A stretch of 64,000 bases of DNA from positions 64,066-128,065 of the IMG/VR virus record IMGVR_UViG_3300027708_000032. One strand, 5' to 3'. The notes below the pieces were generated by a model. That model was not told the origin of the DNA, searched no databases, and was given only the letters and a program-made list of their open reading frames with translations. A program made the position numbers and the translations under genes. Below are positions 22,401 through 31,000 of this stretch, piece by piece. Numbering within the stretch: the first letter of the stretch is position 1; every line of letters starts with the position of its first letter. This DNA is from a virus.

Positions 22401-22585
22401 TTATTAGCATCTTTAGTAAGGGGTGCATTTAAAACACTACTATACGCAGCAATGGATTTTGACATACCCTGTTCAAAGTTCTGGTTCTTTTTGTCAAGAA
22501 CATATTTCAGAAAACTAAAGTCTGGGGTATACAGGATTGGCACAGTGGCCGTATTGTATGTATTATATTGAATATCTGCTGGCAT
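19475..22585 (-). CDS. Putative ejected internal virion (cargo) protein, 1036 aa
   Basis: Long helical ORF directly upstream of the vRNAP, the position of cargo proteins in crAss-like genomes. No catalytic motif recognised. Confidence 0.6.
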   Translation of the reverse strand: MPADIQYNTYNTATVPILYTPDFSFLKYVLDKKNQNFEQGMSKSIAAYSSVLNAPLTKDANKESRDAYVKNAQEQIKKIAGSDLSLQQNVNSAINVFSPFWDDKDVVSDYNWTRQQTAEMQSQYAMQNSKDEKIRDQFSTIPIALMQNAMQKVKGAKKGDMSVYDQAIIKSTPFYNLTKEAMEFIKDNDYKITNTVTRNGRIETYVNGPGTVMTFEELAQQLRGAKYQGQDQLTGQYHAMEAIQNIQKDYEAKGIKMSEEEAKKHILEYHQGSWIASLEKYNVNIGERATKLKKQLDDLWAKNDPANIETIAKLQSDIMMLKDNQKDNLKEIEDWKNPNSNTYIEAQKGISRDPSNFFTNLYRRTEISNTARILASNQSTKVEFDQGYWKGKELEQQAILAHEKNQNDIIVKQMEIAAKGKSGDGSDSDGTGTGGAYSDINNNSINDLKEKDAVNVNYNVPTVDVAKASIATTTDKVGVTKQFIFDQKNQAITGQFELFQTEGAAIVGSYIQPTEAAIIKSALASQNFKDPAYKTAFMSVVKRLKDAGKIQNENQITGPITLMSTLSSEIEKDMEDKLKLANANRTNPDLRAEAMREAQVYLTLKSNQSKLNDLYAKEKEFDRALNAEMAQPGYEEVRVKNADGTFTMLNTQHITSEYGIPQQLAAKYLNGTLDLKSYYTPTGSSGISAYSPYTMGTTSMAVSNAPAQEKKYFYEDANNAYDFTALVNKYGESKDIKTKMDTALKKAGSMIETNFTNVFNTGNMGKAITYGSDTKQEKQDMGDIVAADILGPGLKYEMVNDSPIVNFSDNDEAKDFANKLVARLSQSPGAGLTGVTLYTIGQYNPAAKEVKLKYSLDDIQKLFTADEQKKYASQFTAYANSGEGIVLQLRPNETVKGFPTAANVSYYDMLLSQGPQQHVKSDPIEEQLGIKYDMYKDGTGKIYYKSAVEVVTPDPKAPGGYTTKMVDPLNPSISEDYTTYRVLPPTTDLEVFVQGLKQSAIAVFGKNSTTISNVTKPKPSLRDAYTDLWKQYQQIQ

Positions 22586-22633
22586 TATATTAATAATTTA
22601 AACAAAAATTTTGAAAGTTTAAAACTAAACTTG
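22586..22633 (-). promoter_or_regulatory. Candidate phage promoter/operator motif upstream of the 1036-aa and vRNAP genes
   Basis: Minus strand AAGTTTAGTTTTAAACTTTCAAAATTTTTGTTTAAATTATTAATATA, closely similar to the element at 40252-40299. Confidence 0.5.
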
Positions 22634-22639
22634 TTAGGT

Positions 22640-25600
22640 TTACTTTAAGTAAGGATTGTTCATAACATATCCACCATACTTTTGTACTGTAGGTGTAGGT
22701 GTTTTAGTTACTTGTTTATTCTTTTTACGATCTTGATCATACTCATAATCTGTAGTGTATCCTCCACCATTACCATTTATTATACCTAAAGCAATTTTAG
22801 GATCAGTACCATCTGCTACATACTTTTTATATAGAGCATATCTTCTATCAGCTTCTGTTTGAGAATAAGCATCAGGATTTTTTAAGTTATTAAAATATGC
22901 AGCACGAGCTTCATCAGAATTAAATCTTAAGTCTTGATCCCATGGATTGTAGTAGAAGTATGGACTAGTGGCATTAACACCAGCTAACATTGCAGCATTA
23001 GTATCAGCTTGGTTTTTGGCTGCAGCTATTCTATCATATCCTTGTCCTAAAGCTTTAAGATACTTAGATTCATTACCCTGATCTTCTTGTCTAGATGATA
23101 AAGCATTCTGAGCATTATACATAGCAAACTGATTAGCCATAGCAGCATCTTGAGCAAGTTTCTGATTATACCCTGTTACGTTATAATCATTAACACCTTT
23201 AATATCTTGAGCAGCACCTTCTCCAGTTCTACCTGCAGCTAGTGATGAGTTAGCCATATATGCTTGAGGAGCACCGTATTGTTGTAAATCACCATTAACC
23301 ATATTAAACTGAGCTTGTCTTGTAGCTACATCAAATCTAGGATCTCTAGCTACAAATGGAGAAAACTCAGCATTAACATTCATCCTTGGAGCTATGAATC
23401 TTTTTATAAGAGCAGCGTTCAAATTAGCAGCACCAATATTACGTACATCTTGTCTCATTCTTCCATAAGGAACATCTGAACCAACAGGTGTAAATTCATT
23501 AGGTTTAGTTTCAGTGGTAGAACCTGTAGGTTGTTTACAAGCAGCTTGAGCTTCTGCATCAGTAGCATAGTATGTCTGACCTGGAACTTTAGAAGCGTCA
23601 TCTACTGCTGACACTACACCATTAACACATTGATATACAGGAGGAAGAGGTGTAGGAGTTGGACCAGCAGGTGTACCTGGAGTTACTTGAACTACAGGAG
23701 GAGAAGGAGGAGTTTTAAATTTTTCTAGTTTAGGAAAACGATAGTCATATAAAGCATCATTAAACTGATTAAACAACTCATCATCTGTAAACTGACTTTT
23801 TGTTTTTCTTAATTTTTTAGCAAGCCTTAATCCTTTATTTGTTAAAGGTACTTCGTTAAGATAATTTACAAGCTCTGCTTTAATATCATTATTTCCACCA
23901 GCTTGTTCTATTATCCATTTTTGAAGTTTATCAATATTTTCAGGTCCGTTATATCCAAACTGTTTATAATAATCTGAAATTTCTTTTACGTCTTTAAAGT
24001 TTTTAACATTAGGAGTAGAGCCAACAGTATTAGCTGGAACATTTTGAGAAGATGCAGAAGTTCCTTGAGCTGGTGTAGTAGTTTGAGCTGGTGCAGCTTG
24101 TGTATTATCTGTTTCATCTTCCCATTTTATCTTACCAGCAGCATCAACAGTCCCCATAGTTTTTCTACCATCTGCATATATGTATTGTGATCTACCATTT
24201 TTAAAATGGGTCATTTTTGTTCCATTACCATATATAACTATAGGTGTACCATCAGACGTTTTTTTAATATCTACAATGGTTTCTGCAGCATCAACCATTT
24301 TAGAAGTTCCATTTGAGTATTGTATTTTTACTCTACCATTAGGAAATATAGTATCAATTTGACCATCAGGATATTTTATAATAGTGGCCGCACCTTGTTT
24401 ACTAATAACAGCATTAGCATATTTATTATAATATATAGGATCTGCAGAAGTTCCACCAAGTGCAAATGTTTGAACAGGAGCATAACCACCATAGGCCATC
24501 ATACCAAGATCTTCAGGAACATACCCACCTTGAGCATAATACCCTATACCACCACCATATCTCTGCATAGGAGGCATTTGTTCCATACCTTCTTGCATAG
24601 GAGGTTCTTGTTGACCTTCCATCATTTCTTCTTGTGGACCTTGTTGCTGAGGTTCTTGTCCTTCAGGATATTCTTGTACACCATTAGGTTCTTCACCACC
24701 TGGCTGAGGCATCTGTTGTTCACCTTGTTGTTGCTGCATCATTTGCTGCTGTTGTTGTAAATACTCACCAGCAATCTGTTGACCTAACTGAGTGTCTACA
24801 ACCTTTTCTGCAATCTCAGGAATACCTTGAGGGAAACCTTTCTTAGATTCTTGTATAAGAGCAAGGTATCCAAGTTTAGCTTCATAGTTTTCTATCATTC
24901 TTTCAGCTGTTCTCTTTTGTACAACATCTGATTGAGGATTTTCTAACACACCTCTATACTTATTTACATCATACTTCTTAGCAATCTCAGCTGGAGTGTA
25001 TCCTCCTTTCTTAGCTGTCATACCAAAGAACCTTAGAATTTGTTCATCTTTAATCATCATCTTCTTAGTGTCAGAAAATATAAAACTTCCTTCTGGTACT
25101 TTAAGTGGTGTGCCTCCATTAGTATGACGCTCACCACCAATCTGCATATGTTCATTCTGACCATCTCCATTAATATCACCGTATACAGTTTCACCTCTTT
25201 CAGCTTCTATATTAGCTTCTTCTCTTGGAACTGGTCCAATAGTTTTAGAAGATTTATCATATGGGTTCTTATTCATAGGAGCATATACATCTCTATGACC
25301 AAGATTTAAAGCATAAGCAGATTGACCACCATATGCCATTTTTTGGTTAGGTCCTGATACAATACGTATTTTCATAGTTTTATTATTATTTTGTCCACCA
25401 AATTTTCTAGTTTGTATATGTAAATGAGGACCACCCCATACAGGTTGACCTGCAGGTCTTTGTCTTTCATCTAACACTTTATATCCTCTTCGTTCTGCTT
25501 CTTGTATAAAATCTGCAATTTCTTTATCACTTTTATTACGTGTTCTAACATCCATAGCATTTCCTGTATAATGCTTACTACCAACATTATGCTGACCTTG

Positions 25601-27076
25601 ATTAGTAGATGTTATATCAAAATTAAACTGATTAGCAAAATCAGTAGCTCCAGATAAGAAATCAGAAGTAGCTACAGGATTATCAAGTTTAAAATATTTA
25701 TCTTGAGCCTTTTTAAGATAACCTCCCCAAGTTATAGCATTTCCATAATCTGCTCTTGGAACCATATTAAGAACTTTAGTATCACCTGTTAAATACTTTT
25801 CAGCATATTCAGGATAGTACCAAGCACCAAATATAAGTGAACCATACTTAGGAAGCATTTCTTCTACAAGTTTTCTAGCAACTTCTCTTTCAAAGTTTGG
25901 ATCAGTGTTATATTTATTTTCAAACTCTCCTATTGACATCTGACCTTTAAAATTCTTTTCATAAATACCTTGTCTAGTTCCAGATGTTATCCCCCATCTT
26001 CCCATAGCAGAAGCTCTTTGACCATTAGGACCAACAAGATTTGTTTGGTTACCTATAGCAGATTTTTCATTAGATGCTAAAACATCTAACACTTTATCTA
26101 CATTCATTTGTGGGGCATCTAAGAAAGTAATTTCATCAGGAGTGATTACAGTATTTTTATTATACTTTCTATCTGCTGGAGCAAACTTATGATTAACTGA
26201 AGAACTAGATGTTGGTGCTGCTGATGTTGAAGGAGCACCAGCTGATGTAGGCATACTTGTAGGCATAGGAGAATACTCTGCAGCGGGGATCATTTCTGAA
26301 CTCATCTGCATAGGTTGAGCATGAGGCATTAGACTATCATACTGTCCACCACCTGCCATGTATCTTCCTATGGGTGCAGAGAAAGGATTGGTAGCCATAC
26401 CCTCACTTTTAAAACCTGTGTTACGTGGATCAAATAAACCAGAGTCCATAACATGCGTAAAGTTTCCTAGTCTAGTTTGTCTAACAGGAAGAGAGTATTC
26501 ATTTAAGTCTAACATTCTTCTTTTACGCTCACCTTGTTTTCCTGTAGTATTCTGTTCTATCTGAGATGATATTAATCTACCAGTATTCATTAAAGGATTA
26601 AGAACAGCCTCATTAAAAAAATATGCTTTATTTAAAAGGTTATTTTTTGGTCCTTCTGGTACACACTGTTTAATTTTTTCACTCCATCTATATCCTTCAG
26701 CACAAGTATGACCAGAAGTATCTGGTTTAACTCTAGACTGATCCATTGGATTAGATGGTGTTCCTTCATTACCTGTAGTTTTCCAAGGGTTGAGAGACAT
26801 CCCCATAGATTGTTTTCTATTTCTTTCTCCAACAGCTGCAGAAAGACTAGAAAAAGAAGGATCATTAATTATTGGATCCATTATTTCTTTATTATCCCAA
26901 TAGTCATTATCTGTTAAATCTCCAGACTTAACTGCACTATGTGTAATAGGATCCCAATATCCATCTACACACTGACCACTTTCTTCATCCCATACTTGAC
27001 CTTCTGGACAAGAATCAGTTGTCATTCCTAATTTAGCCTTTGGTAACTTTCTCTTTCCTGTAATACGTATTTTCAT
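22640..27076 (-). CDS. Cargo/ejection protein with putative lysozyme-like and peptidase M15-like peptidoglycan hydrolase domains, 1478 aa
   Basis: GSKHYTGNAMDVR...GPHLHI (H-x6-D...HxH, M15-like). SNEKS...ASAMGRWGIT...GAWY (lysozyme/transglycosylase-like). EAERGETV...GGERHTNGGTPL...SFIFSD block. Many YGG/xxGG motifs and a Gln-rich tract. Confidence 0.7.
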   Translation of the reverse strand: MKIRITGKRKLPKAKLGMTTDSCPEGQVWDEESGQCVDGYWDPITHSAVKSGDLTDNDYWDNKEIMDPIINDPSFSSLSAAVGERNRKQSMGMSLNPWKTTGNEGTPSNPMDQSRVKPDTSGHTCAEGYRWSEKIKQCVPEGPKNNLLNKAYFFNEAVLNPLMNTGRLISSQIEQNTTGKQGERKRRMLDLNEYSLPVRQTRLGNFTHVMDSGLFDPRNTGFKSEGMATNPFSAPIGRYMAGGGQYDSLMPHAQPMQMSSEMIPAAEYSPMPTSMPTSAGAPSTSAAPTSSSSVNHKFAPADRKYNKNTVITPDEITFLDAPQMNVDKVLDVLASNEKSAIGNQTNLVGPNGQRASAMGRWGITSGTRQGIYEKNFKGQMSIGEFENKYNTDPNFEREVARKLVEEMLPKYGSLIFGAWYYPEYAEKYLTGDTKVLNMVPRADYGNAITWGGYLKKAQDKYFKLDNPVATSDFLSGATDFANQFNFDITSTNQGQHNVGSKHYTGNAMDVRTRNKSDKEIADFIQEAERRGYKVLDERQRPAGQPVWGGPHLHIQTRKFGGQNNNKTMKIRIVSGPNQKMAYGGQSAYALNLGHRDVYAPMNKNPYDKSSKTIGPVPREEANIEAERGETVYGDINGDGQNEHMQIGGERHTNGGTPLKVPEGSFIFSDTKKMMIKDEQILRFFGMTAKKGGYTPAEIAKKYDVNKYRGVLENPQSDVVQKRTAERMIENYEAKLGYLALIQESKKGFPQGIPEIAEKVVDTQLGQQIAGEYLQQQQQMMQQQQGEQQMPQPGGEEPNGVQEYPEGQEPQQQGPQEEMMEGQQEPPMQEGMEQMPPMQRYGGGIGYYAQGGYVPEDLGMMAYGGYAPVQTFALGGTSADPIYYNKYANAVISKQGAATIIKYPDGQIDTIFPNGRVKIQYSNGTSKMVDAAETIVDIKKTSDGTPIVIYGNGTKMTHFKNGRSQYIYADGRKTMGTVDAAGKIKWEDETDNTQAAPAQTTTPAQGTSASSQNVPANTVGSTPNVKNFKDVKEISDYYKQFGYNGPENIDKLQKWIIEQAGGNNDIKAELVNYLNEVPLTNKGLRLAKKLRKTKSQFTDDELFNQFNDALYDYRFPKLEKFKTPPSPPVVQVTPGTPAGPTPTPLPPVYQCVNGVVSAVDDASKVPGQTYYATDAEAQAACKQPTGSTTETKPNEFTPVGSDVPYGRMRQDVRNIGAANLNAALIKRFIAPRMNVNAEFSPFVARDPRFDVATRQAQFNMVNGDLQQYGAPQAYMANSSLAAGRTGEGAAQDIKGVNDYNVTGYNQKLAQDAAMANQFAMYNAQNALSSRQEDQGNESKYLKALGQGYDRIAAAKNQADTNAAMLAGVNATSPYFYYNPWDQDLRFNSDEARAAYFNNLKNPDAYSQTEADRRYALYKKYVADGTDPKIALGIINGNGGGYTTDYEYDQDRKKNKQVTKTPTPTVQKYGGYVMNNPYLK

Positions 27077-27088
27077 ATTAGTATCTTA

Positions 27089-28066
27089 TTAGTCGTTTAC
27101 TATTTCATATGTATATCCACCTGCTTGTAATTTCTGTAACATAGCTGGGTCAGCATCGTACACTCCTCCTATTACAACACCACCTTGAGCCATGCCGCCA
27201 CCATACATCATAGCACCATATGCAGATTGACCGTATGAAGGTACGAAAGCTCCACCATTATTAAAATATTGACCTGCAGTAGACGTACCACTATAACCAT
27301 CTTCATAAGTTCCAGGGTTAGGGTTCTGTCCACTTACACCACCATAAGCATATATTTCCATTGCTCCTTTTCCTGTTGTTTGTAGCATTACTTTTCTTTC
27401 TCTTTCTTTTTGTCTTTCTGGATCATCTATACCTTTAAAATTTGGATCTACAGGTGGTGTATAATAAGGATTGGTAAAAGGAATATTTTGTACATTGCCT
27501 TCAGTGTCATAATACTTATTCATAAAAGTAGCAATATTACCTGCTTCTTGACTAGGAACACCTTTTTTTACTAAGTTACGTGTAAATTTATCATAAGTAT
27601 CTCCATTATTTATTCTTGGAATACCGTATGTATTTTTATACTCAGGAATATACTGTTTAAAATGTTCCATGTTGTAAGGAGCAGTTTGATAAATTTCAGG
27701 TGTAGGTGTAGCTGGGACATTAAAAAAACTTCCATTTTCAAAACCTCCACCAGTAGCATACATACCACCACAGTTATAACATGGTTGTCCTCCCATACGT
27801 TGCATAGGAGCAGCTTGTTGTTGTGGAGCCATTTGTTGTTGGCTCTGAGCACCTTGTTGTACTTCAGCTACAATCTGTTGTAAAGCTTGTTTCTGAGCTG
27901 TAGGATCTAGCTGCTGTAATTGTTGTATAATCTGTTTAGGATCTTGTCCTTTCATTTGAGCATACATCTGTATGATCTGCATTAGCTGTTGTTGCTGTTG
28001 ATCAGCTGTTCCACCTGCTGCCATTTGTACTTGAGCATCTGCTGGGTAATCGTAAAAACTGTACAT
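27089..28066 (-). CDS. Gln/Gly-rich putative internal virion protein, 325 aa
   Basis: ORF track. Poly-Q helical N-terminal part and repeated (M/Y/F)xxGG motifs shared with its neighbours. Confidence 0.6.
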   Translation of the reverse strand: MYSFYDYPADAQVQMAAGGTADQQQQQLMQIIQMYAQMKGQDPKQIIQQLQQLDPTAQKQALQQIVAEVQQGAQSQQQMAPQQQAAPMQRMGGQPCYNCGGMYATGGGFENGSFFNVPATPTPEIYQTAPYNMEHFKQYIPEYKNTYGIPRINNGDTYDKFTRNLVKKGVPSQEAGNIATFMNKYYDTEGNVQNIPFTNPYYTPPVDPNFKGIDDPERQKERERKVMLQTTGKGAMEIYAYGGVSGQNPNPGTYEDGYSGTSTAGQYFNNGGAFVPSYGQSAYGAMMYGGGMAQGGVVIGGVYDADPAMLQKLQAGGYTYEIVND

Positions 28067-28071
28067 GATAA

Positions 28072-31000
28072 TTATATTTTAATATTATTTAAAGCATTTT
28101 GTAAACCTTCTATTGATATAGATCCACCATTCTGAAATTTATACCCACCATATCTCATACGTTGTCCACCATATCTATGAGATGGAACACCTGATGTATC
28201 TAAAGCTAGTCTTATTTCTTCTGGTGTTAGTGGAGCATTTATACTACTGTCTATATTTACTGGAGCTGCATAACCACTAGTATCTGCATATTGGTTCATA
28301 GAAGTATCTATAGTAGGATTGCTATAAAAGTTAGTATCAGAAGGAGTTACATTATTAGTTGGACTATTACTAAATGGTTTAGTAGGTGGTGCTGAGTTTG
28401 ACATAAGTTTATTCAGACCATACATACCTAAACCTATACCTCCAAGTACGCCTGCTCCTTTAAGAACTGGTTTAACTACCTGACCAAATCCATTTCCTTT
28501 TTTTGGAGGTGTAGCTGGGGCTGCTTGTCCTGTATTTTTTTCTGTAGTAGATGGTGGAGGAGTAGGATCAGACTGTGCTCTAGCTTTATTAAGATTTTCT
28601 TCTAATGTTGAAACTGGTTTTGGAGTACTAGTTTGTGCAGGTGTTGTAGTTTGTTGAACAGGTTCTGTTTTAGCAGGAGTAGTAGTTTCTTTAGGAAGTG
28701 TAGCACTATACTTTTCTTGTACTTTAGGAATATCAGCTTCAGAAGCATGAGTAAGAGTCCTCTGACCTTCTTCCATCATCATAATTTCTGTAGGGTTATC
28801 TTTATTTACAAAATATGTATTATTATTATGTACAATCTCAGCTTGATTTTCAAAAGGATAGGTACGTTCAACTCGTGGACTTACCTCAGCTTCTGGAGTT
28901 ACGTTAGAAGGTTTAGGTTTATTTTCTAAATTATTAAATAATACTTCATCTCCAGAACCTCCAAACATTTCATCAAAAGCACCATATGCTTTATTAATAA
29001 GTTTCTTAGTTCCTCTAATAGGATTAAACCCAGCTTGAGTGACACCAGGTGTAGGTTCAGCACTAAGTCCTTTAAAAGGACTACCTATTCCTAGCATTCC
29101 AATATCTCCTACAAAGTTTAAAGCTCCTAATGCATTTTCTCCAAAACTATTATCTTTAGAGTAATAAGCATTCTCTCCTTTTCTTGGATTATTAGGTCCT
29201 ACAGAATTAACAAACGTAGCAAGTCTAGATGATGCTGGAATAATACCAATACCAGGTGTCATGTTAACAAATGTATTAGCTCCTATTACACCTGCATTAA
29301 TATCACCAGATGGTGTAAGACTAGCAAATGTTTGAGCAAGCTCAGTGTTTTTCATAGCCTCTTGTCTTCTTATTTCTGCAGCTTGTCTCTGTCTCCATGG
29401 TTCATCACCATATGATCTTCCCACTGTAGCTTGTTGTTGGTTAGGTTGAAGTTGTTTATATCTTGCTTTAGCAGCTATTTCATGAACATCATTCAACATT
29501 CTAGCTCTTCTCATATTTTCTGCAGCTTGTACAGTAGGTCCTACTTGTGTTTGAGTAGGAGGGTTCCACCCATTAGGTATACATGTCCCCAATATAGGAT
29601 GTCTATCAAAGCCTGGACCACAACCATCTGTAGTTTGTCCACCTGGACCATATTGATCTATAGAACCACCATATTTGTTCATAGGATTACTAAACATGTT
29701 AGTAAGTGTTTGACCATATCCAACTGGTTTTTGATTATTTAAAAATAACTGTCCTGATCTGTTATTAAAGAAAGTTCTAAAGTTTTCAACATCTTTTGGA
29801 TTAGTAGGTTCATAACCTAATTTACGCATTAGTCCTCTCATCTCATCTCCAAACTCTCTACTGTTAGAACTTCTAAACCACTCATCTATAGGATGCTGAT
29901 CAGATGGATTTTTTTCCATACCTCTAACCATCTTTCCTGATTGTTGTCTAAGCTGTTGATCCTGTAACATTTTTCTATACTGGTCAGGACTAATTCCATA
30001 ACTACCTGCTTCATCAATACCTTCTGCCATAGCTTGAGCCATTTCTTCTTCAGTTAATGCTAAAGTAGAAACTTTTTTTCCTAATCTATTTCTTAAAGCA
30101 TTAATACCTATACCTGCTCCTGTAAGATTATATGCTGCATCAAGACCTCTTGCAATATGTCCTAGTCCTTTATCAAATCTTTTAGCATTAGGTGTTAAAG
30201 GTTGTCCTTGAAAACCTCTATTTGGATTTATTCCTACTATGGTGTTCTGATCATTCAACTGAGTGTTTGGATTATTCTGTACAAACTGTTGTTTCCTTTG
30301 TTGATTAAGTCTTTGCTCATCTAGTGTTTGCATTCTAGCTGGTCCAACAGAAGCTTGGTTTTGAACACTTTGTCTAAATCTTAAATCATTTAGCATTTCA
30401 GCATTTCTCTGAGGAACACCTGCAGATGTAGATGAGCTAACATTAGGAGACTGTGTAGCAAACACTGTAGAGCCTGCTGTATATCCTGGAGGACAATCTA
30501 TTGTATTACCAAACATGTCTTTACATAGAGCACCTCCGTTAACATACTTTCTTAAGTTCATAGCCGATGTTGTAATTCTACCACCCATTTCATTAAATTT
30601 TGGATTAAAATAATCTAGTTTTTTTGTATATGCATTCCCACCATATTTTTTATTATTAGCCTGTACATATTCTACAGAAGCTATTGAAGAAGTTGGTTTA
30701 CTATCAAATAAGTTATCCATAGGTTTAGTATTTCCTTCAATATACTCTTCATTTAATATGTTATTAAAATCTTCTTCAGTTAAACCAGCTAGTAATGTAC
30801 TAGCTTCTGACTTATCTCCTTTCTCTTGACTACCTCTATATGCTCTTGAACCTACAAACCTATCATTTATTAATTTCCAAGTTTCATAATCATATATATA
30901 AGGAAATGTATGTTGTTTACCATCTGGTGTTGAATATGTAACACTATACTTTGATGGTGTTTCTTTATATTTAACTTCTTGTTTAGCTTCTTGAAACTCT

